NCBI GenBank assembly: GCA_041665345.1
Contig: JBAYJA010000003.1
Location: 39,202-103,201 of the forward strand
Direction: 5' to 3'
From: Patescibacteria group bacterium
GTDB lineage: Bacteria; Patescibacteriota; Patescibacteriia; PEXW01
Length of the DNA stretch: 64,000 bases
The notes under the pieces are model-generated. The model made no database searches, was not told the DNA's origin, and saw nothing but the letters and a program-made list of their open reading frames with translations. Position numbers and translations under genes: made by a program. This document shows positions 1-9,610 of this stretch, piece by piece (positions within the stretch are counted from its first letter, which is position 1; each line of letters starts with the position of its first letter).

Positions 1-157
1 CGCGGAAAGGTACCTGCTTCTTGCCAGTCTGGATTTCCGGGAAATCCTTGATAGTCAAATCACCGACGTGGGCGTAGCGACTTTCATCAATCTCTTTCCA
101 TTGAGGTTCGTCGTAGTCAACTACCTCAATGGTGGGTGTGGTCATGGAATTTTCCAT
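1..157 (-). CDS. Partial (runs off window) paralog of the 11932-12375 putative DGR-target protein
   Basis: Not in the ORF track. Minus strand GGAGGA-N7-ATG(157) reads MENSMTTPTIEVVDYDEPQWKEIDESRYAHVGDLTIKDFPEIQTGKKQVPFR, which aligns residue for residue with MKNPVTTSTIEEVDYDDPQWKKINESRYAYVGDVTIKDYHETQIGKKSVVFR. Confidence 0.9.
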   Translation of the reverse strand, partial: MENSMTTPTIEVVDYDEPQWKEIDESRYAHVGDLTIKDFPEIQTGKKQVPFR

Positions 158-357
158 GGCGTTTTCCTCCTAATATAAAGTATTGGTACACATCATCCAG
201 ACCAGTCGCTTGTAGACCAGGTGGAATATTTTGCCAGATTTTAAGAACAGTCTTCTCGCAACCTAACAACGTAGGTTTTTACAGAAGGCTGTTCTTAAAC
301 GGAGTGCCAGTTTCTTTACTTGATTTCTATACTTATTAAAGTGCAGACGTGACAAAC

Positions 358-386
358 AAACCTATCATTTATGGATGGGTTTGTCA
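358..386 (-). promoter_or_regulatory. Sigma70-type promoter for the 1-157 gene
   Basis: Minus strand TTGACA-17 nt-TAGGTT with TG upstream of the -10. Confidence 0.6.
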
Positions 387-602
387 AGCCCACGGGGGTG
401 GAGGCTGCACGATCCCCGTGAATGTCCTATCTACATGAGTTGCTAAAAAGTAAAAACTTTTTCCCTATTTTCTTACGCTGAAAGATTCGATCTTCGCCTA
501 AGGGTTCAAGAGGTTGTTCTTGGGAACATGTTTTCCAGGTGCCATCACCCCAGTGATATAGAAAAACGACCACTTGCTGGTCGTTTTTTCTTTGTCTTGT
601 AC

Positions 603-1712
603 TTACTGCCGAATGGGCATGAGGAGGTATCGGTACGTTGCCTGACCCTTCCCTGTTTGCTTTGGCAAAATGAGACCAGGACCTTTTTCATCGTTCAATT
701 CCAGAAGGCACTCTTCGGTCTGCAAAGCATTCACTCCATCCAAAAGGTACCGCCAGTTAAAGACGATGCTCCCGCCTTTGCCTTGCACCTGTACATCAAG
801 ATCGGTTTCACTGGTACCCACCTGCGCATTGGCAGCATTCAGGTGTAGTTGCTTGCCGTCGGTATCGTACGTGAGCGTCACATCGTTAATCCCTGCTTTG
901 CAGAAGAGGCTCACTTGGCGTACCACTTTTGCAAAAGCGGAGGTTTCAACCGTGCAGCTGGTGGTGAAACTCTCAGGAATAATTTGGGTGTAGTCTGGGA
1001 ACTGTCCCTCAATGAGCCGCGACACCAGCTCCGTATCACCAACCACGAAACTCACCTGGCTTTCACTCAGACGAATCACCACATCATCAGTTTCCGGGAG
1101 GATGCGGTTTAGCTCTTGCATGGTGCGGCTGGGGAGAATCACACTCTGCTCTTCTTTGCTGGTGGGAAGCGGGATGGTGACCTCTGCCAGGCGGAAGCTA
1201 TCTGTTGCCGCCAGGGTGAGTACTTGGCCCTGCAAGCGCATGAATACCCCATTCAACTCTGGACGAGCATCATCTGCCGCGACCGCAAAAACGACTTGAT
1301 TTAAAGCGGTTTTACACACTTTTGCCGGAAGGACGATGGATACCCCACCCTGCACCTTTGGAATGACTGGAAAATCTTCGGCAGGTAATCCTTTGAGTAC
1401 AGTTTTGGAAGCGCTGCTGGAAATATGGAGATCGGCTTCTTGTAAGGCGCAGGTAACATTCCCTGACCCAAGGAGACTAAGGTACTCATGGAGTAAACGC
1501 GCTTGCACGGTAAAACTCCCTGGTACTTCCACTTTTCCACGGACGTGGGTGGTCATGCCAATTTCTAAATTTGTGGTACTGAGGGTAATACCATCCGCTT
1601 CAGCGGTGATGAGAAGATTTTTTAGGATTGGAAGAGTAGTTGTCTTCCCAGTAATGTGGCTCACTGCATTGAGGGCTGTGGTTAAGTTCTCCTGGGTGCA
1701 AGTAAATTTCAT
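603..1712 (-). CDS. dnaN: DNA polymerase III beta sliding clamp
   Basis: MKFTC..LPILKNLLI, ATDSFRLA, SRLIEGQFPDY and C-terminal YLLMPIR motifs; adjacent to dnaA. Confidence 0.98.
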   Translation of the reverse strand: MKFTCTQENLTTALNAVSHITGKTTTLPILKNLLITAEADGITLSTTNLEIGMTTHVRGKVEVPGSFTVQARLLHEYLSLLGSGNVTCALQEADLHISSSASKTVLKGLPAEDFPVIPKVQGGVSIVLPAKVCKTALNQVVFAVAADDARPELNGVFMRLQGQVLTLAATDSFRLAEVTIPLPTSKEEQSVILPSRTMQELNRILPETDDVVIRLSESQVSFVVGDTELVSRLIEGQFPDYTQIIPESFTTSCTVETSAFAKVVRQVSLFCKAGINDVTLTYDTDGKQLHLNAANAQVGTSETDLDVQVQGKGGSIVFNWRYLLDGVNALQTEECLLELNDEKGPGLILPKQTGKGQATYRYLLMPIRQ

Positions 1713-1921
1713 ATATAGAGAGAAAGAGAAGAAGAGAGTAGAGGTTGGGGAAAAGTGGATAGCTTTTTGAAAGAGGAAAATGTGTTACCTGGGTTGTGTA
1801 TGTATCGCGAGAAAACTTTTAGGTTTGGTGTGTGACTTGTGGGTAGTGTGTGCGGACGAATTGGGGAAAGAATTTTCATCCACATTTTTCTTTTTTCATG
1901 CACACGTCATCCACAAGAACT
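1713..1921. promoter_or_regulatory. oriC sub-region between dnaA and dnaN with DnaA-box-like sites
   Basis: TCATCCACA twice (~1876 and ~1907) and AGTGGATAG (~1755) resemble TTATCCACA; the position is typical of a bipartite oriC. Confidence 0.65.
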
Positions 1922-3298
1922 TCACGTGTTATACAATCGCTGGCGAATGAGTTTTACATCCTGCTGCATTTTTTGGTCCTCCTTAATTTGCTTGGAGACT
2001 TTATCAACGGCGTGCATGGCAGTGGTATGGTCTCGGCCACCAAGTTCCTCACCAATCGTTGGGAAAGACGCGTGAATTTCTTCCCGCATGAGGAACATGA
2101 CGAGTTGGCGTGGCCGCACAAGCTCCTGGCGCCGGCTTTGGCTCAGCAAATCAGAGACTTTAATATCGTAGTACTGGCAAACCGCGCCAATGAGCTGCTT
2201 GGGTGTTACCGCGTGCTGGCGCTTCACCTCAGCCGCCTGTGCCACCGAGGACAGCACTTCTTTAATACTCGTGAGGGTTGGTGGGTCATTCCGCAAGCGC
2301 TGGATAGCAATAATGCGGTTCAACGCGCCTTCTAGTTCCCGAACATTGTTTTGTATTACAGTGCCAATGTAGTTGAGGATTTCATCACTCAGTGGGAATT
2401 TTCGGTCCGAACACTTTGACCGGAGAATGGCAATGCGGGTTTCAAGGTCGGGCTCTTGGACATCAGCGATCATTCCCCACTCAAATCTGGACAGCAGCCG
2501 AGACTCCAAAGCGGCGATGGCTTTGGGTGGCCGGTCAGAGGAGAGGATGATTTGCTTGTTCTGTTGGTGGAGTGCGTTGAAGGTGTGGAAGAATTCTTCC
2601 TGCGTTCCCTCTTTCGCGGTGAAGAATTGGACATCGTCAACCAGCAGGAGGTCAGCGGAGCGCCAGTGCTCGCGGAATTGCACCATGGTGCCTTTGAAGA
2701 TGGCTTGGATGAAGTCATTCGTGAATTGCTCACTGCTGACGTACAGCACTTTTGCTTTGGGGTTGCGCTTCAGGGCGTCGTTGCCAATGGCGTGCATGAG
2801 GTGGGTTTTCCCTAAACCTGCCCCGCCGTAGACGAAGAGGGGGTTGTACACTTCACCCGGTTTTTCTGCACAGGTCATGGCTGCTGCCTGGGCAAGTTCG
2901 TTTCCTTTTCCCACGATGAAGCTGGTGAAGGTGTATTTGGGGTTCAGGCCGGTTTTTTGGGAAACTTTTGCTGGCATGTCGCCTGCCGGTGGGGTTGCAC
3001 TGTCAATTGACGGGGAAAGCGCGTCGGCGGGCGCGGCTTTCATGCTTTCTACCCGGTAGGTCACTTCCGTGATAGCGTTTTGGGTCAAATGCTGGAGGGC
3101 CTGGAGGATATGCGTGTGGTACTTCTTCTCCAGCCACTCTTTGGCAAAGGCGGTGGGGACGGCAACCAGGACTTTACCTTGTTCGTACGCGCTAATGAAG
3201 GTATTGCGGAACCAGGTGGTGAAATTTGCCTTACTTAAATGCAGCTCTAGTTCGCCTAAAGTTGCTTGCCACAGTTGTTCATTAGATAGCTCAGCCAT
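1922..3298 (-). CDS. dnaA: Chromosomal replication initiator DnaA
   Basis: LNPKYTF, YNPLFVYGGAGLGKTHL (Walker A), DDVQF, QEEFFHTFN, GGRDHTT. Confidence 0.99.
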   Translation of the reverse strand: MAELSNEQLWQATLGELELHLSKANFTTWFRNTFISAYEQGKVLVAVPTAFAKEWLEKKYHTHILQALQHLTQNAITEVTYRVESMKAAPADALSPSIDSATPPAGDMPAKVSQKTGLNPKYTFTSFIVGKGNELAQAAAMTCAEKPGEVYNPLFVYGGAGLGKTHLMHAIGNDALKRNPKAKVLYVSSEQFTNDFIQAIFKGTMVQFREHWRSADLLLVDDVQFFTAKEGTQEEFFHTFNALHQQNKQIILSSDRPPKAIAALESRLLSRFEWGMIADVQEPDLETRIAILRSKCSDRKFPLSDEILNYIGTVIQNNVRELEGALNRIIAIQRLRNDPPTLTSIKEVLSSVAQAAEVKRQHAVTPKQLIGAVCQYYDIKVSDLLSQSRRQELVRPRQLVMFLMREEIHASFPTIGEELGGRDHTTAMHAVDKVSKQIKEDQKMQQDVKLIRQRLYNT

Positions 3299-3492
3299 TA
3301 ATTTTTTGGCTAATATTAGCGGTTTTTTGATAATACCATAAAACTGCCTGTGGAAAAACCCCCAGAAAGTGCATGCCTGGGGAATAACCTGTGGATTGCC
3401 TATGGATAACTTTTCCTCCCCTGTTTAGGCCTTTGACTGGGAACGAAAGGGTTGGTACACTGCTCGTACTCCTTACTTTTGATAGGTTTTGT
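3299..3492. promoter_or_regulatory. oriC / divergent dnaA-rpmH promoter region with DnaA boxes
   Basis: TGTGGAAAA, GGGGAATAA, TGTGGATTG and TATGGATAA cluster at ~3348-3410. Confidence 0.7.
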
Positions 3493-3630
3493 ATGCCCAA
3501 GCGAACGTACCAACCCAAGAAGCGCCGCCGCGCCCGCGTGCATGGCTTTCTTAAGCGTCAGCGCTCAGCAACCGGGAAAACCGTCCTCCGCCGCCGCCGC
3601 CGGAAGGGTCGGGCTCGGATTGCGGTGTAA
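3493..3630 (+). CDS. rpmH: 50S ribosomal protein L34
   Basis: [40 protein letters not shown]; ATG at 3493. Confidence 0.98.
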   Translation: MPKRTYQPKKRRRARVHGFLKRQRSATGKTVLRRRRRKGRARIAV

Positions 3631-3636
3631 ACGCTC

Positions 3637-4044
3637 ATGCTCCCCCGCCCGCGCCGTCTCCATCGTGAACGGGACATTCTGCGGGTTCTGCGCACCGGCC
3701 CACGGAAGCAAGGCCGGTTGGTGCAGCTAGTGGTTACCCCAAGCGCGCACGTCGTCAGTCGAGCAACTGTCGTGGTGGCAAAATCCGTCCATAAACGTGC
3801 GGTTGTCCGTAACCAAGTGCGCCGCCGCCTCCAAGCGCTGCTCCCAACGTTCCTCCCCCGCACACCAGAGGCAATTGATGTGCTGGTTCGTGCACTCCCC
3901 GCGTCCGCGACTGCCACCTCCGCCACTTTTCGCACCGAACTCACCGCCCTTTGGCCAACCCATGCTCCACGTCTCTCACCTCGTGCGTCGCAGCCTCATC
4001 GGCGCCATCCGCGTGTACCAGCGCGTCCTCTCGCCCGACCATAG
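3637..4044 (+). CDS. rnpA: Ribonuclease P protein component
   Basis: MLPRPRRL start, [21 protein letters not shown] (RNR motif); lies between rpmH and yidD. Confidence 0.9.
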   Translation: MLPRPRRLHRERDILRVLRTGPRKQGRLVQLVVTPSAHVVSRATVVVAKSVHKRAVVRNQVRRRLQALLPTFLPRTPEAIDVLVRALPASATATSATFRTELTALWPTHAPRLSPRASQPHRRHPRVPARPLARP

Positions 4045-4255
4045 CTGGTTGCGCTACCGGCGCCTGACCCGCGCCTGCCGGTACGAGCCAACCTGCTCCA
4101 TGTACGCCATCACCGCAATTGAACGATTTGGCGTTTTCCATGGGAGCTGGCTAACCTTGAAGCGACTGAGCCGGTGCACGCCCTTCCATACCGGCGGCTA
4201 CGATCCTTGCCCTGACGCAACTCCCACGCCTCACCATCACCCCCTTCACTCGTAA
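3962..4255 (+). CDS. yidD: Membrane protein insertion efficiency factor YidD
   Basis: [35 protein letters not shown]. Confidence 0.95.
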   Translation: MLHVSHLVRRSLIGAIRVYQRVLSPDHSWLRYRRLTRACRYEPTCSMYAITAIERFGVFHGSWLTLKRLSRCTPFHTGGYDPCPDATPTPHHHPLHS

Positions 4256-4264
4256 TTTGCTCCT

Positions 4265-5044
4265 ATGGAAATCTTCGTCCACATTCTGTACAACCCACTC
4301 TTCAATGGTTTGATGTTCCTCTACCGTTACGTGGGCGACTTAGGTGTGGCGATTATTCTCCTGACCATTCTCATTAAACTCATCCTTTTCATCCCCTCGC
4401 TGTCCGCCATTCGAAGCCAGCAGAAAATGCAGGAAATTCAGCCGAAGATGAAGGAGCTGCAAGCAAAGTATAAGGACAACAAAGAGGAGCTTTCACGGCA
4501 GCTCATGGGTTTCTACAAGCAGCACAAGGTGAATCCTTTTTCCTCGTGCTTGCCACTTCTCATCCAACTCCCCATCCTCATTGCGCTCTACCGGGTGTTC
4601 TTCTCTGGGATCATGGTGGATCCTGCCACCGGCATTTTTTCAGCGGATCAGCTAAGCCACCTCTACCCCGCGCTCCGTGGTTTTTTTGAGGGGTTACACA
4701 TTGATATCATGTTCCTGAATTTTGTGAACCTGACTGCCAAGCACAACATTATTCTAGCTGCGCTCGCCGCAGGCGCGCAGTTCTGGCAGAGCTGGATGAT
4801 GCAAGCCAAGCGTCCACCCAAGGTGCCAGGCGCGAAGGATGAGGACACGGCTGCGCTGGTCAACCGGAACATGATGTACCTCCTGCCGGTCATGACCTTT
4901 ATCTTTGGCTACCAATTCCCAGCCGGGCTGGCACTGTACTGGTTAGCCTCAACTTTCTTCCAAGTTGCCCAGCAGTACTACTACTTCAAGTGGAAGCACA
5001 CCCCGCTCTCCCCTGCCCAGCCTGAGGTGCTGCCAAAGCAGTAA
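4265..5044 (+). CDS. yidC: Membrane protein insertase YidC/Oxa1
   Basis: AIILLTILIK, MQEIQPKMKELQAKYK, NPFSSCLPLLIQLPILIALY, PAGLALYW. Confidence 0.97.
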   Translation: MEIFVHILYNPLFNGLMFLYRYVGDLGVAIILLTILIKLILFIPSLSAIRSQQKMQEIQPKMKELQAKYKDNKEELSRQLMGFYKQHKVNPFSSCLPLLIQLPILIALYRVFFSGIMVDPATGIFSADQLSHLYPALRGFFEGLHIDIMFLNFVNLTAKHNIILAALAAGAQFWQSWMMQAKRPPKVPGAKDEDTAALVNRNMMYLLPVMTFIFGYQFPAGLALYWLASTFFQVAQQYYYFKWKHTPLSPAQPEVLPKQ

Positions 5045-5054
5045 GCGAAAACCT

Positions 5055-5351
5055 ATGCGCATGGCCTGGGATCAACTGAAGCACCTACCCGTGGTCACCA
5101 AGAGTGGCCAGCACTTGGGGAAAGTGTCTGGTTTCATTTTTGATCCCGAAGGGCACAGCATTCTGCAGTACGAAGTGAAAGCCAGCATGCCTTTTGGCCG
5201 AACCTTGCTGGTTGCCGTAACTCAAGTGCTGAGCGTTACCAGTCAGCAGATGACAGTAGATGACCTCACTGGTAGCCAACCCGCGGTTGCAGAAAATGCC
5301 ACGTCCGTTCCAGACGCGGCAGGGACACTGGCAGCACTGCGGGATAGTTAG
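5055..5351 (+). CDS. PRC-barrel domain protein
   Basis: LKHLPVVTKSGQHLGKVSGFIFDPEGHSILQYEV is a typical PRC-barrel N-terminus. Confidence 0.8.
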   Translation: MRMAWDQLKHLPVVTKSGQHLGKVSGFIFDPEGHSILQYEVKASMPFGRTLLVAVTQVLSVTSQQMTVDDLTGSQPAVAENATSVPDAAGTLAALRDS

Positions 5352-5767
5352 CGGATTGTTGCACGGCGTTGGTCGCCGTGGAGGGATAGTTCTACCCACA
5401 CTGGAACGTATGGGCCCAGGTCAGTTTTCAGTTTCTCTGCCCACTCCACAATCACCAAGGTCTTGGGTCGGCTGCACCAGTGCGCAAGGTCTAACGCCGG
5501 TAGTTCGTGTGGCCCGGCAATCCTGTACGCATCAATATGCACCACCGTGTCGTAGTCCGGGTGCTGGCAGGGGTGGATGTGCTGCAGGGTGTACGTGGGT
5601 GACGTCATGGCGCCAGCCACCTTCAAGCGTTTCCCCATTGCCTGGGTTAGGGTGGTTTTACCAGCACCTAATGGTCCAGTGAGCGCGATGACCCGTGGTT
5701 TTTTTGCCAGCACCTGAGCAGCGAGTGTTCGGAGGTCGGCAAGATTGTGGATGACGTGGGTAGACAT
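5348..5767 (-). CDS. tsaE: tRNA t6A biosynthesis ATPase TsaE
   Basis: IALTGPLGAGKTT, TSPTYTL, HIDAYRI, IVEWAE. Confidence 0.95.
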   Translation of the reverse strand: MSTHVIHNLADLRTLAAQVLAKKPRVIALTGPLGAGKTTLTQAMGKRLKVAGAMTSPTYTLQHIHPCQHPDYDTVVHIDAYRIAGPHELPALDLAHWCSRPKTLVIVEWAEKLKTDLGPYVPVWVELSLHGDQRRATIR

Positions 5768-5799
5768 AGTGGCACGTCGATTGTAGCACCCCGGTGGGT

Positions 5800-5832
5800 A
5801 AAAAAAGAGCCCCATCCAGATCTGGATGGGGC
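5800..5832 (-). terminator. Intrinsic terminator (perfect palindrome)
   Basis: GCCCCATCCAGATCTGGATGGGGC followed by a T-run on the minus strand, just after the 5840 stop. Confidence 0.8.
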
Positions 5833-5839
5833 ATGAGCA

Positions 5840-6517
5840 TTAGAATCGTCGTTGCTTTTCAAACGCAACTTGGATATGTGAGTACTTCACCGCAGTATCA
5901 TCTGTATTCCAAGACGTATTCACGAAAGCGCACTGTACGCACTCGCGTGCCGTTGAATCACTTGCGCTGGTTTTCGCTAGCCGAAGTCGTCGAGAGAATT
6001 CATTTCGGCAAGCTGCGTAGTAGTTTTCTGGAGTCCCGTACAGTTCGTGCACAAGCAGCAACATTTCCGGTTCCGGGGTAAAGGTTGCGAAGATCTGCAC
6101 CTCCTCGGCTGCGGCGGTTTTTGCCGTGTAGTGCGTACCTTCAGTGCTGGGTGTCCATAGAAATTCAACATCGTGGACCACATGCGCCGTACCGTTTTGC
6201 AGAAGCAGTAGGTTGTCTTTGTGCAGTGGGAGCACCATGAAAAGCGGAAGTATGAGCACGCAAACCGTCAACGGTATATTCACAAAGCATGCGATGCTGA
6301 AGATTTTTCTCGTTTTCCCCATGCCGCTTCGAAGCGGGAGAAGTGTGAACATGGCGAAAATGATAGAAGGCAAGACCGCTAGAGTGCTGAACACTTGCGC
6401 TCGCCAATTCCACTCTGGGTACCAGCTCCCCATCACACCACAGAATGCCATTAGCCACAGCACCAAGGTAATCACCGAGGCAATTCTGGCAGAACGTGCA
6501 AGATGCGTTCCTTCCAT
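5840..6517 (-). CDS. Hypothetical 3-TM membrane protein with C-terminal CxxC domain (paralog of 6645-7319)
   Basis: AGGAG before ATG 6517; hydrophobic N-half; shared motifs WYPEWN, LWTPS, ETxxYYxAC-like, CVQCAFVNTSWNT. Confidence 0.8.
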   Translation of the reverse strand: MEGTHLARSARIASVITLVLWLMAFCGVMGSWYPEWNWRAQVFSTLAVLPSIIFAMFTLLPLRSGMGKTRKIFSIACFVNIPLTVCVLILPLFMVLPLHKDNLLLLQNGTAHVVHDVEFLWTPSTEGTHYTAKTAAAEEVQIFATFTPEPEMLLLVHELYGTPENYYAACRNEFSRRLRLAKTSASDSTARECVQCAFVNTSWNTDDTAVKYSHIQVAFEKQRRF

Positions 6518-6612
6518 ATAGACTCCTATTTTTTGGTTGTTAGATGGCGATTTCTTTTCAGGCAACCTTATCGCAGTAATGAGGGGTTGTCAATGTGATG
6601 ATTGGTATATAG

Positions 6613-6639
6613 AAAACCCCGCCTGGTGAAGGGCGGGGT
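6613..6639 (-). terminator. Repeated array terminator, type A copy 1
   Basis: AAAACCCCGCCTGGTGAAGGGCGGGGT; near-identical copy at 7388-7415. Confidence 0.8.
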
Positions 6640-6644
6640 AGTAC

Positions 6645-7319
6645 TTATTTGAGCGTTGTTTTGAAAGTGACTACAATATCTGAGTTTCGGACAAGCTCTT
6701 CGTTCGTGTTCCAAGACAGATTTGCAAAGGCGCAGAAAACACAGGCCGCACTTGAGCTATCCGTCGTCAGCAGCCTTGCATCGCGCAGGCGTTTTAATGT
6801 TGAAAGCTCGCATGCGGTATAGTATTCTTCTGAGGAACGGTACGTTTCGCGCAGGCGTAGAGCGGCACCTGGCTTTGGCGAGAACGTTACGGTAATATCA
6901 CCATCTTCTACCCTGGTGATATGCGGTTCGTAATATATTCCTGTGTAACTTGGCACCCAAAGGATAGAGGTGCTCTTCACAATCGTCGTTTTCCCGTCTT
7001 TCTCAATAAGTAGTTCGCCAGTTTCTGCCGGGATGACGACTAGTAGAGGGAGAAGTGTAAAAAGTACCAAGAACGCCGCATTCACGTAGCAGGTAATCTC
7101 CACCACTCTTTTCAATCGAGAGCACGTTTCAAAGTACACAGTGAATGCGGTTCCGGCAATCAGTATCAGGAATAGGCCGTACATGAGAAAGGTAAAATTC
7201 GTATTGAAATTCCAAGCAGGGTACCACCTAAGAAATGTCGCTCCACCAAGGAGCACCCATGAAGTGATTCCGAGCACGCAAGCTAGCCTTGCTCTCGTAG
7301 AAATTTTTATGTTTTCCAC
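6645..7319 (-). CDS. Hypothetical 3-TM membrane protein with CxxC (paralog of 5840-6517)
   Basis: GGAGGA then GTG start; WYPAWN, LWVPS, YYTAC, CVFCAFANLSWNT. Confidence 0.8.
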   Translation of the reverse strand: MENIKISTRARLACVLGITSWVLLGGATFLRWYPAWNFNTNFTFLMYGLFLILIAGTAFTVYFETCSRLKRVVEITCYVNAAFLVLFTLLPLLVVIPAETGELLIEKDGKTTIVKSTSILWVPSYTGIYYEPHITRVEDGDITVTFSPKPGAALRLRETYRSSEEYYTACELSTLKRLRDARLLTTDSSSAACVFCAFANLSWNTNEELVRNSDIVVTFKTTLK

Positions 7320-7387
7320 GTCTCCTCCAAGTTTTTAAGGTTTTAATTTTCAGGTACGTTACCACCCAAGAAAGAGCATGTCAAATT

Positions 7388-7415
7388 AAAACCCCGCCTG
7401 GTGAAGGACGGGGTT
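7388..7415 (-). terminator. Repeated array terminator, type A copy 2
   Basis: AAAACCCCGCCTGGTGAAGGACGGGGTT. Confidence 0.8.
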
Positions 7416-7436
7416 GTTGAGAGAGTTGCACACGTG

Positions 7437-8153
7437 CTATTTGCACGGGTCGTCGGAGTATTCCTCATACTCAAGTGAGAAATCAACAATAGTCTTTTTT
7501 TGAGTTCGGACCCTTACATTCTTTACTGTAATCCACTGCGTTTCGTTTTCATACACGGTTAACGTGTAGATCCCAGCAGGGATATTGGCCAGAATATAAC
7601 CGCCAAGGGAATCAGATTCCGCGCGGAATTCTTGGTCGTTGATTTGGATCACGAGACCAATGAGTGGTTCTCGCCCAAATGCACCCTGGCAAAGACCCTC
7701 GATACTGCCAAAGCTTCCAGAATCTGAATCAGTACCTTCTAAAGGCCAAAACCCTACAATGTCTGCGGTTCGACGAAAACCGAAATGTATTTCACCATCG
7801 GTTGTTGCTTCATTCATCTGGATTTTGACATGCGTCGTGGAATCAGGCTTTACAATAACGTACGGAACTTTTTTCGTGCACCAACCGGCCAGTTGTGCGG
7901 TTAGTGAGTATCTCCCCGGCGGCACATTGAGCATTTCAAACGTACCATTGATATCTGCTTGGCAACCCAGTGTCGTTCTGTCAATCTGCACAATAGCGTA
8001 GGGTACACCACCTCCACCATGCTTGTTGTAGACTTTGCCGGTGATTGAGCCAAAGGCAGTAGCGGTAGCTGGTTGATAGCCAATTATCCAGGTTAGTACG
8101 AACGCAATAATTATTTCCGTTCCAAAGTTTGCAATTCGTTTTTGCATGAACAT
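7437..8153 (-). CDS. Secreted protein with two carboxypeptidase-regulatory-like (CarboxypepD_reg, prealbumin-like) domains
   Basis: Signal peptide; GSITGKV..TTLGCQADINGTFEMLNVPPGRYSLTA and GSIEG..DSLGGYILANIPAGIYTLTV. Confidence 0.8.
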   Translation of the reverse strand: MFMQKRIANFGTEIIIAFVLTWIIGYQPATATAFGSITGKVYNKHGGGGVPYAIVQIDRTTLGCQADINGTFEMLNVPPGRYSLTAQLAGWCTKKVPYVIVKPDSTTHVKIQMNEATTDGEIHFGFRRTADIVGFWPLEGTDSDSGSFGSIEGLCQGAFGREPLIGLVIQINDQEFRAESDSLGGYILANIPAGIYTLTVYENETQWITVKNVRVRTQKKTIVDFSLEYEEYSDDPCK

Positions 8154-8196
8154 GTCTTCCTCCTGTTTTAACAGTTTTTAGACGAATAAATACTTC

Positions 8197-8727
8197 TTAA
8201 TCATGGATGAGGCGCACCGCTGCCTGGCCATGACCACTTTTGTATGCCCATTCATTAATCCCCTCGGTATCAAAAACATGTGCCCAGGCAAAGGTCGGGT
8301 CATTGTTGTCCTGTGTCGATGACCAGTACCGACCGGTGGGTTCATACTCTCCCGCATCACTAAAACCGCCAATAATGGCACGGTTTTCATACATCACTCT
8401 GAGTTCGGATCTTGTGGGAAGACGGAATTCTACAGTTACACTAGGCACTTCGTCTGGGATGCGGAAGGATCCATCAAGATGATCTAACCCGTTGAAGTGA
8501 GTAGCGTAGGACATTGCTGCTTCCCATTCCATGGTAGAAGGGAGATCAACTGGGAGTACGTAGAACAGCTTGCCAGTTTCCGGAGAAATGCCAGCGATGA
8601 TCGTCCCATCTGATACTTTACTGCCTATACTGCCGGCAGATACGAACTGGAAACTCGTCGCCCAGGTTAGCGTGAACGCAATGAAAACGATAGTCCGAAA
8701 GTCCGTTATTCGCTTTTTAATGTGCAT
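8197..8727 (-). CDS. Secreted DUF1566/Lcl-like (C-type-lectin fold) protein
   Basis: GGAGGA before ATG 8727; MEWEAAMSYA, FRLPTRSEL, RYWSST, AW, AVRLIH motifs. Confidence 0.8.
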   Translation of the reverse strand: MHIKKRITDFRTIVFIAFTLTWATSFQFVSAGSIGSKVSDGTIIAGISPETGKLFYVLPVDLPSTMEWEAAMSYATHFNGLDHLDGSFRIPDEVPSVTVEFRLPTRSELRVMYENRAIIGGFSDAGEYEPTGRYWSSTQDNNDPTFAWAHVFDTEGINEWAYKSGHGQAAVRLIHD

Positions 8728-8760
8728 GTGTTCCTCCTCTTTGCACAGATTTTCTGCTTC

Positions 8761-8835
8761 TTTCAATGCAGACTAGCTTAAGCCCAAGACACAGATTCGT
8801 CAAATAAGAAAACCCCGCTTGTGCTAGGCGGGGTT
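8761..8835 (-). repeat. Duplicated terminator + promoter module, type B copy 1
   Basis: ~75 bp similar to 9611-9687: AAAACCCCGCTTGTGCTAGGCGGGGTT hairpin plus minus-strand TTGACG-17-TAAGCT. Confidence 0.85.
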
Positions 8836-8860
8836 GGTAATAAAGTTACATTTTTTAGTA

Positions 8861-9577
8861 TTAGTCGCACGGACCGTCACTGCCCTCTTGGTAACGCTCG
8901 GTTGAGAACTGCACAACGGTCATTCTTTGCGCCCGAACTTCCACGCCTTTTACCAGCAGTCCGGGCAGCCCAGGCATAGACGCGTAAATTGTGTAGATTC
9001 CAGGCGGTATGTTTTCCAGAGCGTACCAGCCGCTCGAATCGGTTACTGCGCTACATGCCTGGCCGTCAATTTGCACGGTGAGACCTTCGATTTTGTCTCT
9101 ACCCCAAGCATTGCTACAGCGGCCCTGGATTCCGCCAGCATTTTCCGTAGTAGGAACTGCTAGTGGCCAAAATTCCTCAAAAATCATTGCAATGAGGCGA
9201 GGACGGAGGTGCGCCACCATTCCGTCCACAATTTCCTCAAGCCGAATTTCAACGTAAGTGGTGTTATAGGGTGACACAACGACGTTTGGAATATGCGCTG
9301 TTCGCCAGCCCTGCAATTGTGCTGTGATTGAGTACGTCCCCGGCTCAACGCTGGGAAATTCATACTCACCTCTGCAATTAGCCTGGCAACTTATTTGCAT
9401 TCCATCAATACACATGAGCGGAAAGGCCACAGACCCATTCGTACTTTTGTTAATTAGCCTGCCCTTAATTTTGCCAAATGTGTCGGCGACCGCAGGTTGG
9501 TAGCCAGATACCCAAGTCAGCGCGAACGCAACAAGCGCGGAAGTCGTAACATTTGTTACTCGGTTTTGAATGAACAT
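8861..9577 (-). CDS. Secreted protein with two CarboxypepD_reg-like domains (paralog of 7437-8153)
   Basis: Same leader; GKIKGRL..PSVEPGTYSITAQLQGW, FWPL, TDSSGWYALENIPPGIYTI; ends DGPCD vs DDPCK. Confidence 0.85.
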   Translation of the reverse strand: MFIQNRVTNVTTSALVAFALTWVSGYQPAVADTFGKIKGRLINKSTNGSVAFPLMCIDGMQISCQANCRGEYEFPSVEPGTYSITAQLQGWRTAHIPNVVVSPYNTTYVEIRLEEIVDGMVAHLRPRLIAMIFEEFWPLAVPTTENAGGIQGRCSNAWGRDKIEGLTVQIDGQACSAVTDSSGWYALENIPPGIYTIYASMPGLPGLLVKGVEVRAQRMTVVQFSTERYQEGSDGPCD

Positions 9578-9610
9578 GTATTCCTCCGGTTCAACAGAAT
9601 AGTTTTTCTT

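Noticed and set aside
3962-4044. 83-nt rnpA/yidD overlap as a frameshift or novel fusion
   Set aside because: rnpA-yidD overlaps are common, and both proteins have intact motifs.
8197-8340. Active DGR variable region in the DUF1566-like gene
   Set aside because: The fold is DGR-target-like, but many 3' codons end in A, there is no A-depletion or downstream hairpin, and no TR is seen.
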